Assembly (NCBI RefSeq): GCF_963921235.1
Contig: NC_086108.1
Coordinates: 7,006,001 to 7,070,000, forward strand
DNA length: 64,000 bases
Direction of reading: 5' to 3'
Origin: Mobula hypostoma
Lineage: Eukaryota
In this document: positions 12,700 through 25,029 of the stretch, piece by piece
How the letters are laid out: each line of letters opens with the position of its first letter
Numbering within the stretch: the stretch's first letter is position 1
Position numbers and translations under genes: made by a program
The notes under the pieces: generated by a model
Told to the model about the DNA's origin: nothing
Databases searched by the model: none
The model's input: the letters and a program-made list of their open reading frames with translations, nothing else

Positions 12700-13095
12700 T
12701 ATTGCCCATTACGCCACTGGATTTTAGGGCAGCAATGAAGGTCTGCTATCTCTGGCAGTGTCCAGGGCTTCCTTCATTGTGTCAATAGTTTCCTCTCAGT
12801 CATGCAAGTCCCGGGTGGAGACTCAGGAATACCGTCACACTCAGATGTAGAAGGATTCTTCATTGCTGTTTCAGTAACAACTCTGTTTGACCTGTCAGGG
12901 TTGTTAGCCTCGAGCTGACCCCCTGCCACCCGAACCTGGAGGACCGGTGGACCACTAGCCTTTGGCCTGTTTGGCATGGGTGACCTAATCAAGAGCCAAT
13001 GCATAAAGCCCTGACTCCCACCAATGTATCTCTCCGGGTCATTGAGGTACGCAAGCCTCCAAACCCTACGACAAGGTTGTGGCCTTCTTGGAGGT
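12700..13095 (-). mobile_element. RTE-derived non-autonomous element
   Basis: Minus strand starts CCTTGTCGTAGGGTTTGGAGGCTTGCGTACCTCAATGA, like RTE/BovB 5' UTRs; second copy at 59330-59735. Confidence 0.6.
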
Positions 13096-14544
13096 TGCTG
13101 TCCCAAGGTTAAAATGGAATAGTTCAGATTCTTAGCCTCTCCTGGCAAATTTGTTGTTTTGAAACCAGTACCCATCTATTCTCACTTGTGATGAACTGCC
13201 TTCATTGTTCACAGTGTTCTCCTGAATTGGGGATCACCCCTGTTCACCCTGAAAGGTTGACAGTGAGCTTCTCGATGCATGGCACTTTAATTCTGTATCG
13301 CACTCCCTTTCGACTTCTTGCACAGCTCTAAAAAGGCCCAATGCAAACTCAGGGAACAGTTTCTCCACTCCGAACCAGGCGTGTTAGATCCCAGAGCACT
13401 AAATTTCACAATTTCGGATCCACCCTTTCCAGTTAAAATCAAAAATGACCGGCTTTAATAAAAAGCAACAAAATGTAATTCTGTTTTCTCTCTTCTCTGA
13501 TGCTGCCTGACATGCTATATATTTCAACTGCTGTACCTGTCAGAAATAATTCAGACAATGCCTAGCTCGGGCGGTTGATGGTTGGATTGAGTTGTTCTCC
13601 GGTCTTGCAAAAGTTTCGTTGCCATATGAGGAGACATCAACAATGTGCTGCTGATTGGGGTGTGTCCTCCAAACACTTGGCCTTTATATACTTATCAATC
13701 AGCTGATTGGTTGTCATTTCGGAAACTCAGTTGTGATGTAGGGAGGAAATATCTTAGCTGTTTGCCTGTGTGGCAAACTTCTTGTGTTGTGGTCTGGAAT
13801 TTTGCCTGGATTGTCTCATAAGTAGGATAGAGATGTAGACCTTGATCCAATAAGCCAGTGCACTAAGTTTGCCACTTAGTCAGCAGCGAGGTTTCCACAT
13901 AAAGGGGATACCTAATAAAATGGCCACTGAGTGTAAATTGATTGGGTGTAATTATTAAGTAAAGCTGATTTAAATTATTTTGGGGAATTGGTGTATCTAC
14001 AGGGGTAACCTGAATAAATTATTATGCAACAGAACTATGGAGTTTGAAGTTGAAGCATCAGCCTTGTGTGTGAACCTTGTATCCTGTGTTTAAATATTTT
14101 GTATCTTATGTAGCGAGAACAATGCTAGGTTAATAATTACAGCAACTTTTTATTTGTAACTATTGCATTGGTGTTTGGACTGTCTCCCAGGGGAAACAAT
14201 GTTGCCATCCATTCTGTCAGAAGCTTCAATAATTTTCAGTTTGGCCCTTAGCATTGTTAGAATGCATCCCAGAAATTTGAGATTTCTAGCTAGCCTCTTT
14301 CCCCTCCCCCCGCCAATTTCTTACTCAGACATCTTTCCCTTTCCTTCTCAGTCCTGAAGAAGGGTCTCGGCCTGAAACATTGACTGTTTAGTCTTTTCCA
14401 TAGATGCTGCCTGACCTGCTGAGTTCTTCCAGCATTTTATGTGTGTTGCTTTGGATTTCCAGCATCTGCAGACTTTCTCATGTTTGTGGTTGAGTATTAA
14501 ACCTCTGATTGGGTGTTTTTAAAATAACATGCAGGGAATATTTA

Positions 14545-14946
14545 TTTCATCATCATCATCATTATGTGCCATGTCGTATGACATTGGGGATCATGGTCTT
14601 TCCATGACCATGATTGTTCTTGGCAAATTTTTCTACCGAAGTAGTTTGCCATTGCCTTCTTCTGGGCAGTGTCCTTACTAGATGGGTGACTACAGTCATT
14701 ATCAATACTCTTCAGAGGTTGTCTGCCTGGCGTCAATGGTTGCATAACCGGAAGTTGTGATGTGTACCAGCCGCTCATGTGACCATCCACCACTTGCTCC
14801 CATGGCTTCATGTGACTGTGATCCGGCGGGGTAGTGGGGAGGCTAAGCAACTGCTACACCCTGCCCAAAGGTGACTTGTAGGCTAGTGGAGGGAAGGAGC
14901 ACCTTACACCTCCTTTCGCAGAGACTTATCTCCACCCTGTCACCCA
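14545..14946 (-). mobile_element. RTE-related SINE-like element with (ATG)n tail
   Basis: Near full-length homolog of 4950-5345 with a (CAT)n run on +. Confidence 0.65.
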
Positions 14947-15599
14947 AGTATTTATTTCAGTGTGTCGTAATTGCTGTCCTAGATTTCAGAAACTTAGCAC
15001 TTAAGAAAGTTGAATAATAATATCAGATTGTTACAGTACTACATTTTATTTTTTATTTAGTGATACAGCACAAAGTAAGCTGTTCTAGCTCTTTGAGCCT
15101 TGCCACCCCAACCACTTTCGTCAACCCCAATTTTTAACCCTAACCTGATAACGGAACAACTTAATCTACCTGGCACATCATTGGGCTCTGGGAGGAGCCT
15201 GGAGCACCCAGGCAAAACTCACATGCTCCACGGGGAGAATGTACTGACTACTTACAGATGGCAGTGCAAGTGGTGTGTGCGAGCTCATCTTCAATGTTTG
15301 GCTAGGTACATGGATGGTAGAGGTATGGACGGCTCTGGTCGTGGTGCAGATTGATGGGAGTAGCTATTTTAAGTGTTTCAGAATGGACTAGGAGCCTGTT
15401 TCTGTGCTGTACTTTTCTATGACTCAATGACTTCGGAATTGAACTCTGAATTCCGACGACCCAAGCTGCAATAGCAACGTCCTCATTGCTGTGCTACCAT
15501 AGTGCCTGATTCTCCTACAAAACTCGCATCAAAAAAGCTACTCCTCTGTTTGAACTTTGTAGTTATTAACATGGTCTACAGATTGTGAAGGCTGTACTC

Positions 15600-16600
15600 A
15601 AAGAATCTGGAGCATCACACATAAGATGCTGGAGGAACTCAGCAGGCCAGGCAGCAGCTATGGAAATGGTCGACATTTCAGGCCAAAACCCTTCTTCAGG
15701 ACTGAGAAGGTGAGGGGAGGAGAGGAAGAAGTACAAGTGGCAGGTGATAGGTGAAAGCAGGAGAGGGGGAGGGGTGAAGTATAGAGCTGAAAAGTTGATT
15801 GGTGAAAGAGATAAAAGGGCTGGAGAAGGGGGAATCTGATAGGAGAGGATAGAAGATCATGGGAGAATCGACGTTCATGCCATCAGGTTGGAGGCTAGCC
15901 AGACGGAACATAAGATGTTGCTCCTCCAACCTGAGTGTGGCCTCATTATGGAAGTGGAGGAGGCCATGGACTGGTATGTCAGAATGGGAAGTAGAATTGA
16001 AGTGGGTGGCCACCGAAAATCCTGCTTTTTGTGGCAGGCACAGTGAAGCAGTCTCCCAATCTAAGTCTGATCTCACCAATATACAGGAGGCCATAGCGGG
16101 AGCACAGGATACAGTAGATGACCCCAACAGATTCACAGGTGAAGTGTCGCCTTACCTGGGAGGACTGTTTGAAGCCCCGAACGGTAGTGAGAGAAGAGGT
16201 GTAGGAGCAGGTATGATACTTGTCCACTTGCAAGAATAAGTACCAGGAGGGAGAAAAGTGGGGAGGGATAGTTTGGTAAAGAAATCGCATAGGGAGCAAT
16301 CCTTGCAGAAAATGGGAGGGAGAGGGAAAGTGGTGCTTGGTGGTGGGATCCTGTTGGAGATGGCAGAAGTTACGGAAAATTGTGTGCTGGATATGGAGGT
16401 TTATGAGATGGTAGGTGAGGACAAGGGAACCCTATTCCTGGTGTGGCAGTGAGAGATGGGGTGAGGGCAGCGTTGATCGTGAAAGAGGGAAAGCCCCTTA
16501 CTTTCAAGAAGGAGGACATCTCAGTGTGGAATGAAAAACCTCATCCTGTGAGTATATGCGGTAGAGACAGGGGAACTGAGAAAAAGGAATGGCATTTTTC
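15600..16600 (-). mobile_element. Penelope-like element fragment (GIY-YIG endonuclease plus terminal repeat)
   Basis: FTCESVGVIYCILCSRYGLLYIGE (15979..16299); VATHFNS...LEEQHLMFRLASLQPDGMN (15696..16136). Confidence 0.85.
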
Positions 16601-16894
16601 TGGAATGAAAAGCTCAAGTTGTCAGGTATAATGAGGTTCACTGTGAATTTTAGTAGACCATTTGCCATTGGGTATGTGTTTCTGCTAAATACATTCCCGC
16701 CCTCAACAAAGTGCCAGCAGGCACTCTGCATGGATAATCACTGGCTGTCGACAGACTGTGGGGATCCCGCCCACACTTCGCATGCCTCCTGAAGCCAGCT
16801 GTGGCAGGCTGTTTGCTGTATGGGCTGAGGTTATCTGAAGCTGTGGTCTGCAACTAACGGGTCCCTGAATCAATGCAGACAATTCTATCTCCTT

Positions 16895-19140
16895 CTGATC
16901 ACAATTCTATCTCCTTTACCATAGCATTGGAGAGGGGTAAGAACAGACAAGTTAGGGAAATGTTTAACTGGAGTAAGGGGAAATATGAGGCTATCAGGCA
17001 GGAACTTCGAAACGTAAATTAGAAACAAATGTTCTCAGAGAAATGTGTGGAAGAAATGTGGCAAATGTTCAGGGGATATTTCTGTGGGGTGCTGCAGAGG
17101 TACATTCCAGTGAGACAGGGAAAGGATGGTAGGGTACAGGAACCGTGGTGTACAAAGGCTGTTGTAAGTCTAGTCAAGGAGAAAAGTAGAGCTTACGAAA
17201 CGTTCAAAACACTAGGTAATGATAAAGATCTAGAAGATTATAAGGCTAGCAGAAAGGACCTTAAGAATGAAATTAAGAGAGCCAGAAGGGGCCTTGAGAA
17301 GGCCTTGGTGGACAGGATTAAGGAAAACCTCAAGGCATTCTACAAGTATGTGAAGAGCAAGAGGATAAGACGTGAAAGAATAGGACCAATTAAGTGTGAC
17401 AGTGGAAAAGTGTGTATGGACCCAGAGGAGATAGCAGAGGTACTTAATGAATACTTTGCTTCAGTATTCACTACGGAAAAGGATCTTGGCGATTGTAGGG
17501 ATGACTTGCAGCGGACTGAAAAGCTTGAGCATGTAAATATTAAGGAAGAGGATGCGCTGGAGCTGTTGGAAAGCATCAAGTTGGATAAGTCACTAGGACC
17601 AGATGGGATGTACCCCAGGCTACTATGGGAAGCGAGGAAGGAGATTGCTGAGCCTCTGGCGATGATCTTGGCATCATCAATGAGGACAGGAGAGGTTCCA
17701 GAGGATTGGAGGGTTGCTGATGTTGTTCCCTTATTCAAGAAAGGGAGTAGAGAGAGCCCAGGAAATTATAGACCAGTGAGTCTTACTTCTGTGCTTGGTA
17801 AGTTGATGGAGAAGACCCTGAGAGGCAGGATTTATGAACATTTGGAGAGGCATAATATGATTAGGAATAGTCAGCATGGCTTTGTCAAAGGCAGGTCGTG
17901 CCTTAGGAGCCTGATTGAATTTTTTGAGGATGTGACTAAACACATTGATGAAGGTAGAGCCATAGATGTAGTGTATATGGATTTCAGCAAGGCATTTGAC
18001 AAGGTACCCCATTCAAGGCTTATTGAGAAAGTACGAAGGCCTGGGATCCAAGGGGACCTTGCTTTGTGGATCCAGAGCTGGCTTGCCCACAGAAGGCAAA
18101 GAGTGGTTGTAGATGGGTCATATTCTGCATGGAGGTCAGTGACCAGTGGTGTGCCTCAGGGATCTGTTCTGTGGCCCCTACTCTTTGTGATTTTTATAAA
18201 TGACCTGGATGAGGAAATGGAGGGTTGGGTTAGTAAATTTGCTGATGACACAAATGTTGGGGGTGTTGTGGATAATGCGGAGGGCTGTCAGAGGTTACAG
18301 CGGGACATTGATAGGATGCAAAACTGGGTTGAGAAGTGGCAGATGGAGTTCAACCCAGATAAGTGTGAGGTGGTTCATTTTGGTGGGTCAAATATGATGG
18401 CAGAATGTAGCATTAATGGTAAGACTCTTGGCAGTGTGGAGGATCAGAGGGCTGTTGGGGTCCAAGTCCATAGGACACTCAAAGCTGCTACGCATGTTGA
18501 CTGTATGGTGAAGAAGGCATATTGTGCATTGGCCTTCATCAATCATGGGATTAAGTTCAAGAGTCGAGAGATAATGTTGCAGCTATATAGGACCCTGGTC
18601 AGACCCCACTTGGAGTACTGTGCTCAGTTCTGGTCGCCTCACTACAGGAAGGATGTAGAAACCATAGAAAGGGTGCAGAGGAGATTTACAAGGATGTTGC
18701 CTGATTGGGGAGCATGCCTTATGAGATTAGGTTAAGTGAACTCAGCCTTTTCTCCTTGGAGCGACGGAGGATGAGAGGTGACCTGATAAATGTGTACAAG
18801 ATAATGAGAGGCATTGATCGTGTGGATAGTCAGGAGGCTTTTTCCCAGGGCTGAATTAGCTAGCATGAGAGGGCACAGTTTTAAGGTGCTTGGAAGTAGG
18901 TACAGAGGAGATGTCGGGGTAAGTTCTTTACACAGAGAGTGGTGAGTGCGTGGAATGGGTTGCCGGTGGCAGTGGTGGAGGCGGAAATGATAGGGTCTCT
19001 TAAGAGACTCCTGATAGCTAGATAGAGCTTAGAAAAATAGAGGGCTATGGGTAAGCCTAGGTAGTTCTAAGGTAAGGACATGTTCGGCACAGCTTTGTGG
19101 GCCAAAGGGCCTGTATTGTGCTGTAGGTTTTCTATGTTCT
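16895..19140 (+). mobile_element. CR1 LINE, 5'-truncated, well preserved
   Basis: Starts at the endonuclease SDH motif (TCTGATCACAAT), contains the 568-aa RT ORF and ends in a (TCTATGT)-type tail. Confidence 0.95.
17029..18735 (+). pseudogene. CR1 ORF2 reverse transcriptase region (568 aa open; lacks most of the APE domain; frameshifted near the C-terminus)
   Basis: GPDGMYPR, NYRPVSLTS, SQHGF, YMDFSKAFDKVPH, SGVPQGSVL, KFADDT, LVRPHLEYCAQFW. Confidence 0.92.
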
Positions 19141-19439
19141 ACACAAAATGTTGGAGGAACTCAAAAGGCCATGCAGCATCTAGGAAAGGAGTACAGTTGA
19201 TGTTTCAGGCCAAAACCCTTCGTCGGGATACAGGGTCCCTGAAGCGGCTGCAGCGATGACTGGCTTCGTGGCTGTGGACTCACTTTTGTGATCTTCAGTT
19301 CTGAATGTTATTTGCTTACTTTTACCGTTGGCACGATTTTTTTTCCTACATATTGGGCGGTGTACTTTGAACGTGAGATCTACTGGGGCATTGTTCAGAA
19401 TCTGAACAGGGCAGCTAATTTGCCAGAAGGTTCCTGCTG

Positions 19440-19605
19440 CTATATGTATGGAGTTTGTACATTCTCCCCGTGACTGACTGGGTTTTCTCCGGGTGCTCTG
19501 TTTTCCTCCCACAGTCTAAAGATGTACAGGTTAGTAGGTTAATTGGTCACATGGGTGTAATTTGGTGGCACAGACTCACTGGGCCAGAAGGCTGTATCTC
19601 TAAAT
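19440..19605 (+). mobile_element. HE1-like V-SINE (central and 3' part)
   Basis: GAGTTTGTACATTCTCCCCGTGACTG..GGGTTTTCTCCGGGTGCTC..TTTCCTCCCAC V-domain. Related copies at 29125-29410, 31455-31685 (+) and 15050-15500, 53500-53720, 60330-60510 (-). Confidence 0.7.
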
Positions 19606-19711
19606 AAAATATTTTTTAAAAGTTTCAACACTAGATCTAGGCAGATGCCCCCATTGCTAAGGGAATGTTGCACAGATGGTGGTTCTGCCACTGAATAGGA
19701 TAACAAGTGGA

Positions 19712-20175
19712 TATTATTCTCCTGTACCTAATAAAGTGGCAATTGAGTGTGTGTCTGTGGTCTTCTGCTGGTTGACTGACTTACTGTCACTTTCCTGTCA
19801 GTTTGAACCTGTCTGTTCTCCTCTGACCTCTCTCATTAACAAGACATTTTTGCCCACAGAACTGCCACTCAATGGATTTTTTTTTGTTTGTCACACCATT
19901 CTCTGTAAACTAGAGACTGTTGTGAGTGAAAACCCCAGGAGGTCAGCAGTTTCTGAGGTACTCAAAGCCCCCATCTGGCACCGACAAGTCAAAGTCACTT
20001 AGATCGCAGTTCTTCCCCATTCTGATGTTTGGTCTGAACAACAACTGACCCTGTTGACCGTGTCTCATGCTTTTATGCATTGAGTTGCTACCTCATGATT
20101 GGTCATGAAACTTCATGATATTTGCTTTAGCAAGCAGGTGTACAGGTGTCTCTAATAAAGTGACCACTGAGTGTA
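19712..20175 (-). mobile_element. Tc1/mariner internally deleted DNA transposon
   Basis: Minus strand begins TACACTCAGTGGTCACTTTATTAG; the ATG at 20020 leads into a degraded N-terminal transposase MGKNCDLSDFD...SETADLLGFS.TTVS. A related end motif is at 19725-19750 and isolated ends at about 10555-10580 and 13910-13935. Confidence 0.8.
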
Positions 20176-20243
20176 CATTTACAAGTATTAATAGTTAGCT
20201 GTGGTGTGTTGGTCAGCAGGCGATATGCAACAAAAGGCAACAA

Positions 20244-20840
20244 CAGAATCAGAATCAGGTTTATTATCACCGGCATGTGACGTAAAATTCGTTAACTTTG
20301 CAGCAGCAGTTCGATGCAATGCATAATCTAGCAGAGAGAAAAAAATAAATAAAATTTTAAAAAATAATAATAAATAAACAAGTAAATCAATTACGTATAC
20401 TGAATAGATTAATAAAATGTGCACAAACAGAAATACTGTATATTAAAAAAAAGTGAGGTAGTGTCCAAGGGTTCAATGTCCATTTAGGAATCAGATGGCA
20501 GAGGGGAAGAAGCTGTTCCTGAATCGCTGAGTGTGTGTCTTCAGGCTTCTGTACCTCCTCCCTGATGGTAACAGTGAGAAAAGGGCATGCCCTGGGGGTT
20601 GGAGGTCTTTAATAATGGACGCTCCCTAAAGATGTCCTGGGTACTTTGTAGGCAAGTGCCCAAGATGGAGCCGACTAAATTTACAACCCTCTGCAGCTTC
20701 TTTCGGTCCTGTGCAGTAGCCCCTCCATACCAGACAGTGATGCAGCCTGTCAGAATGCTCTCCACGGTACACCTATAGAAGTTTTTGAGTGTATTTGTTG
20801 ACATGCCAAATCTCTTCAAACTCCTAATAAAGTATAGCCA
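20244..20840 (-). mobile_element. Rex1/Babar-type LINE 3' fragment
   Basis: ORF 20541..20819 LKNFYRCTVESILTGCITVWYG..TAQDRKKLQRVV; (CAGAAT)n tail. Confidence 0.85.
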
Positions 20841-21236
20841 TATTCAACAGTTAAAAAATTAAAGAATAAAGTTAGAGGTTAAAGTACAGATATGGAGTAG
20901 AAGTGCATAAATACATAAATACCAGCATGTATTTGCAATGTAAACATCAGTATGAAAAGCAGTTTAAAGTGATTGAGGTGATAGAAAGGGTGGGGAGGGG
21001 CTAACTAGAATGGTTGATCAGATTAACTGCATTATAAAAATTGGTCAATACTGATATATTTGAAAAACTGTATTTTTCTTTTATGATATAAGAATTTCTT
21101 CACAACTCCTCCCTCCCAGCTCAACTAAAATAAAATGAAAACAACAGGAATTCTGCAGATGCTGGAAATTCAAGCAACATACATCAAAGTTGCTGGTGAA
21201 CGCAGCAGGCCAGGCAGCATCTATAGGAAGAAGCGC

Positions 21237-21272
21237 AGTCGACGTTTCAGGCCGAGACCCTTCGTCAGGACT
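21237..21272 (-). ncRNA. Minimal type I hammerhead ribozyme motif (sense to the Penelope element)
   Basis: AGTC-CTGACGA-A-GGGT(CTCG)GCCT-GAAA-CGTC-GACT: stem I AGTC/GACT, intact CUGANGA and GAAA core, GUC cleavage triplet, palindromic ACGU in place of stem III. Confidence 0.8.
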
Positions 21273-22314
21273 AACTGAAGGAAGAGTGAGTAAGGGATTT
21301 GAAAGCTGGAGGGGGAGGGGGAGATGCAAAATGATAGGAGAAGACAGGAGGGGGAGGGATAGAGCCGAGAGCTGGACAGGTGATAGGCAGAAGGGGGTAC
21401 GAGAGGATCATGGGACAGGAGGTCCGGGAAGAAAGACGGGGGGGGGGGTGACCCAGAGGATGGGCAAGAGGTATATTCAGAGGGACAGAGGGAGAAAAAG
21501 GAGAGTGAGAGAAAGAATGTGTGCATTAAAAAGAGTAACAGATGGGGTACGAGGGGGAGGTGGGGCCTAGCGGAAGTTAGAGAAGTCAATGTTCATGCCA
21601 TCAGGTTGGAGGCTACCCATACGGAATATAAGGTGTTGTTCCTCCAACCTGAGTGTGGCTTCATCTTTACAGTAGAGGAGGCCGTGGATAGACATGTCAG
21701 AATGGGAATGGGATGTGGAATTAAAATGTGTGGCCACTGGGAGATCCTGCTTTCTCTGGCGGACAGAGCGTAGATGTTCAGCAAAGCGGTCTCCCAGTCT
21801 GCGTCGGGTCTCGCCAATATATAAAAGGCCACATCGGGAGCACCGGACGCAGTATATCACCCCAGTCGACTCACAGGTGAAGTGATGCCTCACCTGGAAG
21901 GACTGTTTGGGGCCCTGAATGGTGGTAAGGGAGGAAGTGTAAGGGCATGTGTAGCACTTGTTCCACTTACACGGATAAGTGCCAGGAGGGAGATCAGTGG
22001 GGAGGGATGGGGGGGATGAATGGACAAGGGAGTTGTGTAGGGAGCGATCCCTGCGGAATGCAGAGAGAGGGGGGGAGGGAAAGATATGCTTAGTGGTGGG
22101 ATCCCGTTGGAGGTGGCGGAAGTTACAGAGAATAATATGTTGGACCCGGAGGCTGGTGGGGTGGTAGGTGAGGACCAGGGGAACCCTATTCCTAGTGGGG
22201 TGGTGGGAGGATGGAGTGAGAGCAGATGTACGTGAAATGGGGGAGATGCGTTTAAGAGCAGAGTTGATAGTGGAGGAAGGGAAGCCCCTTTCTTTAAAAA
22301 CTCTTCCTTCAGTT

Positions 22315-22350
22315 AGTCCTGACGAAGGGTCTCGGCCTGAAACGTCGACT
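22315..22350 (+). ncRNA. Minimal type I hammerhead ribozyme motif (inverted copy)
   Basis: Identical 36-nt motif on +; predicted cleavage after C22346. Confidence 0.8.
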
Positions 22351-22797
22351 GCGCTTCTTCCTATAGATGCTGCCTGGCCTGCTGCGTTCACCAGCAACTT
22401 TGATGTATGTTGCTTAAAATAAAATGAAGCTGCATTAAAGGAAATTTCAAAATAAGATTTTAACTTTATATTAACACCTCTCGGTAACTTGATGGCAGAA
22501 ACTCTGTAATACATTTTGCTTTCAGTGCAGCATCTGGCCCATCTTATTTTAAGTACACAGTGTGTTATAGGAGGCAGCCTGTAAGGAACTGCATGTAAGT
22601 GCTGTCTAGTTCAGCTCTTTGGTTGGTGCTTTTGTACGAAGTGTGACAGGATGAGAAGCACTGTGGGGTTCCAGGAAGTGCACCAGAAAAATATTTTTTA
22701 ATATACTTTCGGCTTTCTTCCGTGAACCAGCTGAAGGCAGTTGGCAGCATCAGCTGCATTCTTGAGCATTTTGCATGTAGATGAGTTACACCAGTTC

Positions 22798-23350
22798 TCT
22801 TGGAATATAGTACTGAGATCAGTTTTGGGCCCCTTATCAGAAAGGAAGTGCTGACATTGAAGAGGGTTCAAAGGAGGTTCACGAAAATGATTCCAGTCTC
22901 GAAAAGCTTGTCATATGAGGAGCATTGGTGACTCTAGGCTTGTAATTGCTGGAATTTAGAAGAATGAAGGGGACTTCATTGAAACCTATCAAATGTTGAA
23001 AGGCCTCGATAGAGTGGATGTGGAAAGGATGTTTCCTATGGTAGGGGGAGTCTAAGACCAGAGGACACAGGTTCAGAATAGAGGGGTATCCTTTTAGAAT
23101 AGAGATGAGGAGAAATCTCTTTAGCCGGAAAGTGGTGAATCTGTGGAATTATTTGCCACAGGCGCCTGTGGAGGCCAAGTCATTGGGTATATTTAAGGCA
23201 GAGGTTGATAGATTCTTCATAAGTCAGGGTATGAAGGGATACGGAGAGAAGGCAGGAGATTGGGGCTGAGAGGAAAAATAGATCAGCCATGATGAAATGC
23301 CGAGCAGACGCTGGCCAAATGGCCTAATTTTGCTCCTATATCTTATGATC
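22798..23350 (+). mobile_element. CR1 3' fragment
   Basis: TGGAATA..GTA...CAGTTTTGGGCCCC through a CCTAATTTTGCTCCTATATCTTATG tail, homologous to the CR1 at 1586-2200. Confidence 0.8.
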
Positions 23351-23472
23351 TGTTCCAACAATGGCAATTTAGGAGGAAGCTGAAATACTTTTCAAGATAA
23401 ACAAATGATATTTCCTCTTTTAATAAAATGTCATTTTGGTTTTCCTGTTATAGATACTGAACATTTGAAATC

Positions 23473-24048
23473 CAGAGCAACACACACAAAATGCTAGAGG
23501 AATCCAACAGATTAAGCAGCGTTAAGAGAGGAATAAACAGTTGACGTTTTTGGATGACCCCCTTCATTATGACAGGGAAAGGAAGGTGGGGGGAGCCAGA
23601 ATAAGAGGGTGGGGAGAGGGGAAGGAATTCAAGCTGGCAAGCGATAGGTGAATCCCCAGGCAAGGGTGACGGTGCAGTCTCCTCTGTAAATGGGAGACCT
23701 AATGTATATTGGGGGACCACTTTGTTGAGCATCCTCACTCCAGCTGTAGGAGTTCCCAGTGACTACCTATTTTAAATCTTCCAGTTCCCATTCTCCTCTC
23801 CTATCAGATTCTTTCTTCTCCAGCCCCTTGACCTTTCCCCTCTCATCACCTTCCAGCTAGCCTCCTTCCCCTCCTCCTCCCCCCCACGACTACCTTTTCA
23901 TTCTGGTGTCTTCCCCACTTCCTTCTCAGTCCTGAAGAAGAGTCTCAGCTCAGCTTCGACTGTTCATTCATTTCCACAGATGATGCCTGACCTGCTGAAT
24001 TCCACCAGCATTTGTATAAGTTGATCTGCAGAATCTCTTGCACTTAAT
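23473..24048 (+). mobile_element. Old Penelope-like element with inverted terminal-repeat ends
   Basis: Antisense terminal repeat at about 23473-23670, short endonuclease remnant, then sense terminal repeat to about 24045; ATTTGAAATC at 23463-23472 and 24049-24058 may be a TSD. Confidence 0.65.
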
Positions 24049-24329
24049 ATTTGAAATCTATTCTATTGTATAGATTATGGATACAGGATTATGGATTTCA
24101 GGTCTCCTGTGGTTCTATTTGTAGCCAAGCAGCTTAACTCGAGGAAAATGCATTACTCAGAGCGCTTCTGTACTGATCAACTGATGTGCTCGGGGAGTGC
24201 CTAGCTGTTGATGTACCCCCAGATTGCTTCGGAACATACAGGATCCAGTTTCACCTGAACCACATTTTCAATAAAACACGCTCAAAATAACCTGATAAAT
24301 AAGCTTTGCCAGAAAAACATTGCATTAAA

Positions 24330-24560
24330 ATGAAAAGGGTCTTGTATTTCTGTAGTGTCTTTCACATCCATTTCTTCTGGAATGAATGTGAATGCAGCAC
24401 CACAACACTCTAAGTTTCGTACCAATAGAAATTACGTTATTCTTGAGGATCTTGCTCAAACACTTGAAAGTGCATTTAACAATGCCAATCCTCCTCCTAA
24501 TATCAACATCATCCCTACTGTCAGAGGTTACCGTGCTCCCTAAGTAATAGAAATTCAATG
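24330..24560 (-). mobile_element. RTE-clade LINE RT/thumb fragment
   Basis: FYYLGSTVTSD..DDVDIRRRIGI.K.TF..L..IL......IGTKLRV is a typical RTE post-RT motif. Confidence 0.75.
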
Positions 24561-25029
24561 TTTGTTTAATTGGACCATGTACTTGTCCAAATGCCTTTTA
24601 AATGTTGCCAATGTATCTGCCAACATGGCACATGATTGTGATGAAAAATGTACCTGCCTCATCGCCGGAGAGGGAACATGGGGTGTCCACAGTTACCACC
24701 AAGATTTTCCAGGACCTTTGAGCATTGGAGGGCAAAACACCATCCTAGATCTGGATGTGAACACTTAAATTTAGTCTGTGTTAGTCACCGCCAGTATCTC
24801 AAATGTTTTTTCATAGTATCAAAGTTCAAAGTATATCAACCCTGAGATTCATCTTACCCACAGACAGCCACGAAACAGAGAACCATGGAACCAAAGAAAA
24901 AGATCAAACCCCTCCATTCCCCCACGCGCAACTAATATCACACAAATGGTAACAAAAAACAAGCAAAAACACAGAATATAAACGGCAAAATCAAAAGGCA
25001 TATTTCAGTTCAGTTCATCTCAGTGTTCA

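Larger units (their letters stand above)
21140..22414 (-). mobile_element. Young 5'-truncated Penelope-like (Neptune-type) element with inverted terminal-repeat copy and 14-bp TSD
   Basis: Cx4CxxC linker (CKWNKCYTC) then GVIYCVRCSRCGLLYIGET...EH...HF GIY-YIG domain; 21172-21287 is perfectly inverted at 22300-22415; TAAAATAAAATGAA at 21126-21139 and 22415-22428. Confidence 0.92.

Noticed and set aside
14840..14946. HDV-like ribozyme at the 5' end of the RTE-related SINE
   Set aside because: Stems exist, but I could not fit the P3/L3/P1.1 nested pseudoknot; kept only as a structured end.
21567..22514. 315-aa stand-alone GIY-YIG nuclease gene
   Set aside because: The N-terminal roughly 70 codons are flanking DNA plus the inverted terminal repeat read through by chance; the rest is a truncated Penelope ORF.
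22526..22594. 69-nt cassette exon (TTTGCTTTCAG...CAT|GTAAGT)
   Set aside because: Splice-like motifs only; the peptide is unrecognised and such matches are expected by chance.
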